Shown here: in pieces, positions 39,501-53,100 of the stretch
Position numbering within the stretch: position 1 is the first letter of the stretch
Layout of the letters: each line of letters begins with the position of its first letter
DNA from: Chrysomallon squamiferum
Lineage: Eukaryota > Animalia > Mollusca
Reading direction: 5' to 3'
Length of the DNA: 64,000 nucleotides
Assembly: GCA_012295275.1 (NCBI GenBank)
Contig: CM022665.1
Coordinates: 26,846,001-26,910,000, forward strand
Translations under genes and position numbers: made by a program
The notes under the pieces: model-generated
Told to the model about the DNA's origin: nothing
What the model saw: only the letters and a program-made list of their open reading frames with translations
Databases searched by the model: none

Positions 39501-42500
39501 AAGGAAATTAAGATTATGATCACTATAAAGTAAATATAATGTATAACTGAAATTAAGAAACATTTCACTTTCATGTTTTTTTGTTTTGTTTTGTTTTAAA
39601 TATTAATTTATACTGGAACAAACACAAGTATTTTTTTTAAAAATGTGAGTAATTTTCCTTATTTTTTTACTTGACCAAAATTTGGATAAGTATATACTAA
39701 GTTAAAAGTGAAGCAATATTTATAATATTTATGTGAGTTTTTCATCTTACTGCTATTATACATTTTAAAGACTTTTAAAACATAAATTCACAAAGAATCT
39801 TGAATAAATATATTTTGCGGGATTTGGTCAATACATTTCAATGTTATATATATATACATATATATATATACACATATATACATATATGACCCATACACTT
39901 TGATATTAAATATACAAACACCAGACCATGCATATGTATTAAAAAAAACATTTTTAATATTAGTAACACAAAATATACAGGTAATTGTATGAGATAGTTT
40001 TGTGGTTTTTATTTATGTTTCTTCATTATACTTATGTTCTAATATAATGTGTCATTATTATAAGTTTACAAGTAATAAAATACTTAAGCACATTCATACA
40101 CAACAAATGCACAATAAATTTACTCACATACATACATTTGTACACAACACATGCACATGCATTTATTCACATATACATATATATTCATACACAATGTGCA
40201 GATACATTATTTACTCACATATGCAAACATTCATACACAACATATACTCAAACATTTCTCCACCTATACAAACATTTGTATACAACACATGCACATTTGC
40301 TCACATACATTTGTATATAAAACATGCACATACATTTATTCACATACCCATACATACATATACAATATGCATATACATTATTATAGAAAAACACAAACAT
40401 ACATCAGCAAGGCATTATATTTGTTTTATAACATCATCAAATCAGTTTTATACCATTACCTATGAGATTATCAACATTTCTGCCCATAAAAAACAAAAAT
40501 AAGATTTCTTGGAATGCAGTGGACTGCTGTTGCAAAAGCTTTTGACCACTGACAATCATTCCCCTGCTCTCTAGCAAATACTGATTTATTGGATTGTTAG
40601 AAAAGTGTGACCTTTTTTTGGAACAAAATAGTAAATGAGTTACTGGTGCCAAAAAATTGTCGTTTTGAAAGATTATTACTTTTACAAAAAGGATTTTTTT
40701 TTTTTATGGTCACTTCCCTATTTTAGAACAATACATACCATGATTTTGTACACAAACAGTTACATTACATAATATACTTGATTAGATGTTTACAATATAT
40801 AACAAACTATAGAGATACTGACACCTTCTCACCTTGCATCAAAACCAAATTTAGTAGTTATTTTTATTAACTTGAAGATAGCAATCCTGTTTTGTATATC
40901 CCCAAAAATTAAAATAAAGCAGAAAAATGTATATACATATAAAATTAAATAATAATAATAATTTATATATCAGTTTTATTTTTCTACAAACATGCATTAT
41001 ATAAATATATACTTTTATTAATATTTTATTCTTGAATTTGTTTTCAAGAAATATATCTAGATAAAAATATGCTGAATTTTTTTTTCTGACTTTTAATTTC
41101 TGTGTTATGACAATTATGAAATATGTTTCATAATTTGTTCTCTAGTAATATGATATCCAGAAGTAACACTATTTTATCAGTATGAAGTTCTGCCCATTTT
41201 TCTGAATAAATTAATCATTATTTTATTAAATAGTTTTTATAATATGCCATACTATTTTTTGAGAATAATAATGGTGATGATGAAGATGATGATTACTGAT
41301 GATAACACTGAAAAAAATAACCAATTTATGAGAAAAAAAAGATCATTAAATAATGAGAGATGATAATGATAAAATGCAAATATATATAATTGTTACCATT
41401 ATTATTAAAACAAGGCAATCAGCATTAGGTAATTAAATGAACAGCAATGAGAAATAATAATGTAAATAAAAACTAATGTTGGATTTATAGCAATTAATAA
41501 TTTGTTAGGAAAAAAGCAGAACATAACATATTTATAAAGATAAACAACTTGAAAAACGATATAACCAAAATCTAACCCATGTTAGATAAATATATATTTT
41601 TTTTCTATCAAGATAATATAATAACAATATTCACTTATTATTTCTTACCCCCATTTCCCATCATTATTACTGAAATTAATAAACAGATTAAAATAATTTT
41701 TAAACAAACAAACAAATAAATAAATCAAATAAAAATTTCAATTAAATAAAAGTGTAATAATAATAATAATAATATTAATAAATAAAAAATAATAGTAATA
41801 ATGAAAAATGATAATATAGTAATATACATATATACATTAAAGAAAAACTTTGGTTTTAAATGTTTCAGCAGTAACCTCTTTTATATAGTTACAAATGTAA
41901 TTAGAAGAAACATATTAAGAAGAATGTCCATAATACTTTATATTTATTAATATTATGAAATTAATTACCCAAACAATAAATGAAACTTTTATTAAATTAG
42001 TAAATGAGTATGCCTATGTATTTATGAATGTATGTTGCCTTTAATGAACATAAACCTTATAAAATATTAAAATGTTTTAAGTATCAGTAATTTCACTTCC
42101 ACATAATAACCTGTAAAACAATAGCAAAAAAAAATATTATTTATATTAAGTGGGCTTATAATAATAATTTTCAAATATTTTAATAATTTATAACAACATT
42201 TTAAATTACTGAAAGAAATAACACAATTAGAGAAAAACGAACAAGTATGAACAAATAAAAACTTATTACATCATAGTATCATTTTATAAGATGAAATAAT
42301 TTAAAAATAATAACAAAATAATAAATATGTATATATTTTTAAAAAATCTCAGAATAAATATCCAAAACAAAACAAGAAAAGGAAAAAATATTCAAAATAA
42401 AATAAAATAAAAATAATAAATAAATATAAATATTTGAAAAAAATCCACAAAAAAAAACCACAGAAAATTCATCAAAGTATGACAAAATGATAAAAAAAAA

Positions 42501-42909
42501 TCCAACATAATTGTCAAAAATTAAATAGAGATAAATCTGAATTAAGTAAAATCTAGCAATGAAAAATCAGAGAAACAAAAATGAGAAGAAAAAAAGAAAA
42601 TATAAAAAAAAGATATTACAGAAGAAACAAAACAAACTTAACAAATAAACAAAATAAAATAGAATTTAAAAAATAATAACAATAATTAAAAAACTGTTCA
42701 GGTTACATTAATATTACAATAAGAAACAAAAAGATAAAATTAATGAAAATGAAACAAACATTTTACATAAAATAAACGAAGTAAATCAAATCAAATTTCT
42801 TTTTAGAAAGAAAAAATAAAAAACCCAAAAATAAATCATGGAAAAGAAACAGAATAATATTTGAAAAAGAAAATCCAATAATAATAAAATAAAAATAAAA
42901 AAAGGCGTG

Positions 42910-42943
<34 letters not shown>

Positions 42944-43910
42944 AAGTTAAATTTAATAGAACAAATTAATTTAATACTAAAAGAAACAAAAAAGTCAAAT
43001 AAAATAATTACAAAATAACTCTAAAAAATAAAAAAATAAAAAATACAAAACAACAGTAAACATTAAATTAGATAAAAAAAAGATAAGAAACTGCATCACA
43101 TCTTATTGCTTTTTATATTAATAATAAATTTAAAAAATACAAAACACAACCAGTAATAACAATGCAATAAAAGAGGACAAATAAAAATAAAGTGAGTATA
43201 TCAAAATATAACAGAGCCCCCACCCCAGGATGAAACTCAAAACAAAACAAAACAAACAAATAAACATAACAACTAAATAATAATGATGACCAAAAATAAC
43301 AAAAGCAAAATATCTTACGTTGGGTTCATTGTGATGAAGAAGCCACAGGACATGTTAAGTTTGATATCTCGACCCTCAAACATAAATCTGGGAGCAAGCT
43401 GATCTTTGGCAGCTTTGATAGTATGTATCTGTTGTGCCACTACAGACAGGACCTCCACATCAATCCTGTTAAACTCATCAAAACAACACCAGCTCCCTGA
43501 CTGTGATAATCCAGAGAAAAACTTTCCCAACATCTACAAAATAATAATAATCATAATAATAATGATGATGATAATAATAGAAACAGTAGGTGCTGTAATA
43601 GTTATGATAGTAATAACAATAACATCAATAATATTAGTAGTAGTAGTAATAATAATAGCAGTAGTAAAAGTAATAATGATAGTGTAATAATAATAATGGT
43701 AATAATAGTAGTATTTTATTAATAGTAGCTGTAATATTTGTAGTAGTGGATAACATTATTTTCTGTGCCTTTTATTTTATTTGATACAATCACCCAACAG
43801 TTTTGTTATATTAGTATCATGAATATATTTTTTACTTCTAGTAATATGACATTTGTATTATTCAAACTAAACAGGAAATATGTTAGTATATAACTAAAAT
43901 CTATCAATGA

Positions 43911-43948
<38 letters not shown>

Positions 43949-45176
43949 AAATCATGTTTTAAATTTGCTTATGGCATTTTGTGGGTTTTTTCTCTTAAAT
44001 ATCATTTTAAAAAGTGATGATTTTAGACAATTTACACACCTTGTAATCTAATCCTTCTGAACAATTAAATACAACACATTGTTTTCCCATGGCCTGAAAT
44101 ATAAAATGAATTTCATTTAAAATGTCAATGTTTAATGTTCAGTAAACAAAAATCTTTACAAATTGAATTTGAATTATGAAAATATAGAACATAAACTGAT
44201 CTTGATTCAGTGTTATACTATTTCATCTAGAATAAGGAAAAAAAATTAATCATACAAACTATGCTTTAAACTGATATAAACTTTACTTATGCCATAATAT
44301 TTGTCTCTTCAAAAACAGTATTTTATTATTCTTGTTAACATTATACATAACTTATTCTAAACTACAAATACTATCATATGTGTAAAATTATTTTTCTGTT
44401 AAATACAGCAAGATAACATAAAATTTTAATCAAATATATATAAAAAAGAAATATTTATTTACATTGATACATTACTATCAATATTTACCTTGGCTAAATC
44501 TTTGACAGTCTCAGTTTTTCCTGTTCCAGCTGGACCAGCTGGTGATCCTCCTAGGTGAAGATGAAGTGCACCTGTAAGTGTCAGGTAACACCTGTCTGTT
44601 AAAGGTGTGATAACAAGACGAGATGAACAACCCAGGTACTCATACCCATAGAGAAATACAGCATTGGACTGTAATACCTGACAATTGTTGCTCTGTTCAT
44701 CCCACTCATATCGAAGTTGTCTGTATGAAAAATAAAGATTTAACATTTTGGTACATCAGTAAAGTAGCAACAACAATAACAACAACAAAATAATAATCAT
44801 ATTTAATTATCAAATATAGTTATAACTGCTTGAACGCATACATGTGAACACACACACACACACATGCTATATTATATACATTCACCTTTTCCACTCAAAG
44901 TCTTCTTTACGGATGACTTTGTTATTGATTAGACTTTTGATAATATCTCTGTTGTGTACAGTGATGGTGAGAAGGGCCTCTATGCTCTCTCTCTGCCATG
45001 GTTTCAAGTGTGTTGACACAAGATGAGCCAGTTGACTCAGAAGTTCCAGCATCTTTTTCCTAGTGACAATCAGTTCAGCGCACACATCAGGCTCATCAAA
45101 ACAGTGAGAAACATCCTTGTTGAATACTATTTGAGTCTGAAAATTTTTAAGACAGTTTCAATGAAAAATTAATGAC

Positions 45177-45230
<54 letters not shown>

Positions 45231-47125
45231 CCAATAAATAATAACAGAATTAATTTTTAAAAAAAGAAAAAGAAAAAGATCAGTAACAACAAAATAGAAA
45301 CACAATAAAAACAAAATAACAAACAGTTTTAATAAAAATAAAATATGAACAACAACAAAGTAAATAAAATAATATGCTGGCCAATTTTGTTAACAATAAA
45401 GTATGTCAGTAAAAGAACCATCTGATAAAGTGACTGCCATTTTCTTTTATTTTCTGACATCATTTTGTACCCAAATAATCAATTTTATATGATGTCATAT
45501 TTAAAATAACCATTGTATAGGATGTTGAAGAATTACAAGTTTAAAATTACCCAGTATGATGTTTGACAACAAAAAAATATTATTTACCACTGTGAGGACA
45601 ACTTGACCTGGATGTTTCAGAACCCATTCTTTAGTTTCTGTGGTGACAAGATCTGACATTCCTACCTTCAAGTGTCTGAAATGAAATACATGTACAGTCA
45701 TTTTACACAGAAAGGTAACTAAGATGGAGGCTGTGGTGTACAAAACATGAGTAAAAATTTGAGGAGGGGATTCTGTTTTTATAAGAATTTTATTATAATT
45801 TTCATGGTCATCAGTTAGGTAATAAATCCCTCCAAAAAACAAGAAAAATACCAGTGATAAAACAAATAATTATGTATGTAATAAAATCAATGTGCTAAAA
45901 CAAAACACACTTTTTAACAGTTTCAAACATGCCAGATTCCACTGTACACAGCCATTGTTCCACTGGTCCACGTGCTCTCACATTTCTGTAAGAAACCAAA
46001 ACAGCAATTAAATACATTTCATAGTACACAAGACATGTAATATGCTGTGTGTGCGTGCACATGTGTGTTATTACTGACATTATTACAAATTGTTATTATT
46101 ATTATTAATGACATTACACATTTTTGTTATTAACATTATTATTATTATTATTGACCTTATAATAAAATATTGTATCATCATCATCATCATCATCATCATC
46201 ATTATTTGTTACATGACTAAACATTTATTTTAAGTTTTATCAAATCTGGACATACCGAGGCATGGCAATGATTTCTCCTTCAGCTGATTTTATTGCTATT
46301 ACAGTTGGTGGTTGCCGTGGTAGTTGTTGAATTGTCAGATGCTTAATATTGCCAAAACATTTTCCAAGATGTGGCTTAAAGAGAAAGATACAAAATTGAA
46401 ATATAACAATTTAATATTTAGTATTAAAAAGTTTAGTAGGATAAAAAAAAAAATTAAAAAATATATATGTACACACACACATACGTATAAGGTATAAAAA
46501 ATAAAAACCTGAAATAATACAACATAAATAAAAAAAAACAGCATCAAAAACAACAACAATACATTATTTGATTGTTGTTTTTTATTTGTATTTTTGTTTG
46601 TTTTGTTTTTGTTTTTTGGTAGAATTAAAAAAAAAAAGAATAATATAATTAAATTTAAATACCTGTACTGCATTAGGATCTTTGGACTGTGCCAAGATAT
46701 CCAGCAGCTCATCATTACTGAGAAAGTAAAATCTTGGAAACACCAGTCGTTTGGTTTCCAGATAATCCTAAGAATTAATAAACGGTGATGAAATCCAAAC
46801 GTGGTAGAAAACAGTGTTTAGTAAAATTAATGGAAGATAAATATCTTTTACAATTTATAAAATATACATATTGAGAGATTACTATTTGTACAATGTTTAT
46901 TATTTTATACTCATGTGTATCAGCAAAATTAACACTGAATATTTTGTGTATAATATCATAGCTCTCAGTTTACTGCCAAAAACAAGAATCTGTTACTTTC
47001 TTTATGAAAAATTAAGAATTTTAAAGAGATAATCAGTATTAATTTCTGAAATAATTTCAGAATAATTTTTATATATTTTTTTTTTTTTTAAATTAAAATT
47101 TTTATTCTTTTATATTTTTTTTATG

Positions 47126-47160
<35 letters not shown>

Positions 47161-50100
47161 TATTAATTTTGTTTTTGTGAAAGAAACTAAAATTCACCTC
47201 CAGACATTTCTGAATTTTCTCCAGGTTCCCATTTGCTGACTGGAGAGTCTCCAGAGTTCCTGGAGCAATGGCTGATTTGAGAGCATTAGGTCGATCATCA
47301 ACTCTGCGCATAATGTCCTTCCATGCTTTGTCCACCTCAGTAAACAGCTTGAACTCACTTGGTAGCTGTCTGCAACATGGAAAGAACAGCACAGTAAATG
47401 TCAATTCACACTGGCAATTTTGGTTTTTAAAATATAGGTAATCAGATCCGTAATATAAACTGATCATTTCAAGCACCTGGTATTTTTGTTCATCTTGAGT
47501 AATTTGTAAACATATTCACATCTGTTCTACATATTTCTATGTTTAAATGTTATACTTATGTAAGTTTTTAAGTATGAATGTATGTATGTATGTATATTTC
47601 AACAAATTATAGCACATATGTACAGAGTTACCGATTTATTTCTGAGTAAAAAGATCTATCAAGAAAAAAGAAAAAGAAATTAACCTCTGAATGTCTGGTG
47701 TACCAAATATCTGCTCCAGATAAAGCCAGTTTCTCTGACAAGTAAGCCATTCATCCAAAGTTCTTGAGAAAACCTGCAACTTTCTCTCCCACTCTTCAAC
47801 CTGAGCCTATAAAGAAACACAATTTGAATAAAACATATTAACTTGTTACTTTAAAAAATATCCAACACATTACAAGCATGTTATCAAAGAAAACACTGCA
47901 TCAGATAGTCTGTTACCATAAATAAATATATTTTGCTAAATACTTTTCACATTAAGGATTATCTGACCTTTTGTGTGATCTCTGTCATTATATTAAATTA
48001 TTTTAAATATTACTTCATTCATGAAATAATTAATGAGGTTACTCGTAATGAAAAAATGTAAAATTTGGATATTAATAAGGAAAACTATTAGATATTTTGA
48101 AAATATTTTAAATTCTGTACCTGTACTTTCCCCTAAATAATAAATATTATGCCATTTATGTAAGTTTGAAAATATATATATATATATTTTTTTTTTTGAT
48201 CAAATTCAAAGTTATAGCTTGGTAAAAATTTCTTTTATGATTACAACATGTTTATATTCCTTTGTAACAACAACAAAAATAACAATAATATAAATTCATT
48301 TTTATAAATGTCATAATTATGTAAGTTTTTAACAATTACCTTAATTGGTCCAACATATCTCGATCCTCTGATGGTTCCTATGGTAACCTGACTCTCTTCT
48401 AGCTGTGCCATGATGTCATCAGCACCTGAAATAATACTTGTGTCTCTCCCGGGATGTGGCAACAAACGAAAATCTGTGTTTAACCACAGATTAGTGATCT
48501 GAAAACAAAAAACAGTAAACATTAAAGAAAAAACAAATACATAAACTATTAACCATCATTTTACATATTAGTTGAATTTCTATTTTAAATACCGTTTTGT
48601 TTTAATACTATATTCATGTCAATGATACTTAATTTTGGCAGTATACAACCCCAAAAAATATAATAATAATAATAATAATATTAATAATAAAATAACAGTC
48701 ACAATAATAATAATGACAATGATAATAATAATAATAATAATATGAAAATAAAACTCATCTTCTCCAGATAAAAATAAATCACAGACTTACCTTAGTATTT
48801 TATTTATTTGTTTTATTCAGAGGATATTTCTAAGTTGGATTTATTACAGTTAGATTATATTTTGGCATGGTTTATTTTGTAAGTGAGTATGTTATTAAAT
48901 ACCTTCTGCAACATGTGTTCCAAAGTAGCCTCATTGCTGGCAGTAGTAGAAATGTCTTGAATTTTTTCTTTGTGCTGGAAAATCTGCCAAGTAGAAAATA
49001 CCAAATTAGTTTAATAAACATCACTACTAAAAAAATAGGTTAAAAAAAAAATAATAATAATAAAAAAATATTCTTAAACATATGCAAGGATGCAAAAATA
49101 AAGACTTAAAATGTATATCTAGAGATATATAAATGAAGAAATTTTGTTTGTGACATTATAACAATAATAATAAAAACAGGAAAGTAAAAATATTATTTGT
49201 ATTGGTGATCTAAATTTAAATTCTGTCAGCATGATGGACTTCAAACTTCAGATGAATGAACAGTTTGAAATATCAGAATTATGGTATAATTTAAATAGTT
49301 TTATTATATTCATTCACATACATCTACTTTGAAAATTAAAAAACTGATGTGTGAAAATTAAAAAAATGGCATTTGAGCTCTGACAGTGTGGAATGCTGTT
49401 GAGCAACTAACATTCATGTCCAGCAGATTTCCCAGAGTGAAACTCTTGTCTCTAACAATGACTTTGTTGATGATTTTCTGAATCTGTTCCCAGTGTCTTG
49501 GTCTCAGAGACGGATTCCTCAGGCTGGTAATCACAGGCATGCCTTGTTTGAACTTCATAACCATCTCTTTCAGTCTTGGCAGAATTTCATTGTGAGGTAA
49601 GCCTAAATTAAAATTAACATTAATTTACTTAGGACTGTTGGTATATTTAATTATTTATTATTATTATTATTATTAAATTTTTTATTGTCACTGTTGTTGT
49701 TGATATTGCAATTACTGCTGTTGTTAATATTGTTTCTGATATTTATATTGTAACTATGATTATCACAATCATTATTATTATTGCTATATTCTTCCTTTTG
49801 CTTATGTTCATTATATAAATTATTTAATATAATTTGCTAATATGCATCTAAGTAAATTAAACATCAATAATTCTATCACAAAATAATGCAGTGAAAAAAT
49901 AATAAATAAATAAACAAACACAAATCAGTAAAACCAATATCACATGGAAATGTTACCTTTCTCCAACATGTACACAGTCTGTGTAAACTTGTTCACATAT
50001 TTCTGCAATGATTCTACTGGGACAGAGTCAAAGGATGCGGCTGTCCACTCAGCCTCCAGTCGTGACCACTCATCAAGAGACTGCCAGAGCAGACGTCGTA

Positions 50101-53100
50101 AAGTCAAGTCTCTCTCAATTTCAGATAACTCCGTCTCAATTTCCTGTGCACTCTCTTCAGCTTTGGTGTCAGTGTACATATACTCTCTACAAAATTATAA
50201 ACAGATTTATTTGTTACAGTTAAACCCAAATATGTTTAGTTGATTTAAAATTTGTAACAGTTAAGTTTTTGATAAGATGAACCACAAGAAATTAGGTTAA
50301 CTTGTGAGAAAATTCAAAATTATTAAATTATTTTTAAATTTGTAACAAGAGTCTAATTATATACTTAAACATTTTTTAAAATCATTTTGTGAACTGATGG
50401 TAAATTTTAACTAGGCAGAATGAGAAATCTTTCTTAGGGCAGAAATAATGCAGTATATTAGAAATATCATTATAAAATGGAAAAAAAGAAAAGACCTTCA
50501 ATAAATAAACAAAAATATAAACAAATTTAAATTGAAATGATTGAGTTTTTTATTTCTATCTAAATTATAATTTTTAAATTACTACATTTTGAAATTTTAA
50601 TTTTTATTTTTGAGCTTGAGATAAAACAAAACTAAAACAATATGAAATGTATAATAAATTATAAATTATTTTCAAACATTCAAACTCTCTGACAGAAAAA
50701 ACCCCCTATATATTTTTTTTAGTTATTAATCTTTCTAATAAAATAAAAAGGATAACAAACTTCTACATACTCTCCAAGAAAACCTTTTTTAGACTTGGAC
50801 AGCGAACTACCAAATCGTTCTTGATAGCTTGCATAACTTCTTGCTTTAAGTGACAGACTCTGAACCTCATCTTGCAGGTAACGAATTGTCTCCAGTGCTG
50901 ACACCATCATTGTTTCTGAATTGAGCAGCTCTGGGTCTCGAACTCTGTTCTTCAGATCCATCAGTTTTGACTGGATGTTCATTATGAGGGATTCAAGATC
51001 TGAGCTGAATTTGCGAATGTTCTGATCTTTTTTAGCTTCGCAGTACAGAATTGTTGTCTGAAAATCAATCAGAACTTGTCAGAAATGTTAGAATTTCATT
51101 AATTTAAATAGTAGTTTATTTATTTAATATTTTTAGCATAAACAGTTTAGAAAACCAATAAATGGAAACAATTTTATTATTTTCAGGATTAATTTAATAA
51201 GTTTTTTATTTTATGTAGCTGGCAAAAAATGGAACCCTCACTTTACTGAAATACAAAATATTAACAAAACAAATCATTGTCACAAAAATGTTCTTTTACA
51301 GATATAAAATAAACAATGTAAAGTAAATGTTCATAACATTTTTTTTTTTATAAATTTAATTAATAATCAAAAACTTCCATGTAATTAATTTATGTTTAGC
51401 TTTAAGAAATTATTCATTTTACATTATATTTAAGGCTTCATCATTCACCTTGAGATGTTGAAAACTGGGACTAAGTGTTTGGTAGAGAGCCAGTTCTTCA
51501 GGCTGGATATCCATGTTGAATTCCTTGGCAATGGTAAAAAACTTGTTTACTACTAGATACTCTTTTTCAAGAGCTGGCAGTTCATTAGACATACGTCCCA
51601 GAAAAGACAAATGTTCAACAAAAGCCTCAACAGAGGAAGGATACTGATCAAGTCGTTTAGATGCACCCTGTGGTTAAAAATAAAATAAAATAAATACAAT
51701 AAAAATCATCAAAATTGTATTTGTACAGTAACACCTCTTCACAGTTTATAATTACAAAGAAAATACATAAAATTTCATCTTAAAGTGATGCCAGTGAGTT
51801 TTCTGTCATTATCTGAACCTTCCTTAACCACATTTATGTATTACAGGATAATAATATGTTAGACTGAATTAAAAATGCTTGTCCTTCATTTTGAGTAATA
51901 AAAAAAAAAAAAGAATTAGTATATAATTGATTTATTATTATGATTTTAAATTTACAGATTGCTTTTGCTTTTTTAATTATTATTTGACAAACAGAAAATA
52001 ATATGATATAAAAATTTATAACAAATATATACGATAATTAAAACTCTCTTCTTTTAATTCTCAGTCGTCATGAGATATACTCATAATAACAATATCAAAG
52101 TAACATATTTCAAATGAAAAAATGGAAACAGCTGTTTTGTATTGGAATTAAAATCCTTCTGTGAAATATACATTTTTTATTTTTCTAAAAGGATACCTTA
52201 ATGATTGTGAGAAGGTCTTCATTTCTCTTGTTTGCAATCATGGGTAACTTCTTGTGAATAGCATTAAGAACTTTCTGCACATAGGGTAAACATGTATCCT
52301 GAAAACCTTTGGCATTCACAAGTATCATAGCAACACGCTGGCTAGTTGTCATTTTCTTCATCCTAGCAACCTAAAAATAGTCAACATTTCAACACCAAAA
52401 TTCATAAAACACATTATTTTATAAATAATTTTGGATCTATATCACCTTTATCTCTCCCAGAATATAGATATTAATACAAAAAATATCATCTTTCCCTCAC
52501 CCAGAATATATAATGAATAAAATAATATCACCTTTCCCTCTCCCAGAATTTTTCAACACCAAAATAATAAAATAATCTGCAATGCATTTCAAAGAAAACT
52601 AACATTATTGTTAATAAGAACACTAAAACAAAGTTATCTATCCTGAAATATTTTTTCATATGTGAAAAAAACAACAACATTTCAGCACATATCAATCATC
52701 AGTATTAAAATTAACACTATTTTATGAATCAAAACCTGTTAGTTTCATATTTTTTCATACTAAATACAAAAGCAACTTCCTTTTAAACAGTCTGAAAAAT
52801 AGAGAAACCCTCATTTTTATCTTCAGAATATATTAATAAAAATAAATAAATGTAGTAAAAATGGTTACCATTTCTGTGTATGAACGAAGAATATGACTGA
52901 ATTCTTCTGTTGACCATGTCCTCTTTGACATTGATTCTTCAACATCCAGCAATTTACTCTGGTCAACCATGACACAAAACTGTTCATATTCCTGTAAGTT
53001 AATTTCACATTTTTTAAAAACGTTTATAACAACATAGCACATTTTATTACAATACTATATTTAATTTTTAACACAATAAGACTGACAGAACATCAAAATA

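Noticed and set aside
40002-40502. 166-aa His/Thr/Ile-rich plus-strand ORF
   Set aside because: Translation of CATA/CACA low-complexity repeats, open in several frames
40437-40700. Higher-complexity island in the largest intron (nested exon or ncRNA?)
   Set aside because: No convincing splice sites, box C/D or H/ACA layout, or recognisable protein motif; cannot be supported without a search
48781-48800. Strong AAG|GTAAGT donor inside an intron
   Set aside because: 112 nt from the real donor (out of frame) and no plausible upstream acceptor or coding segment
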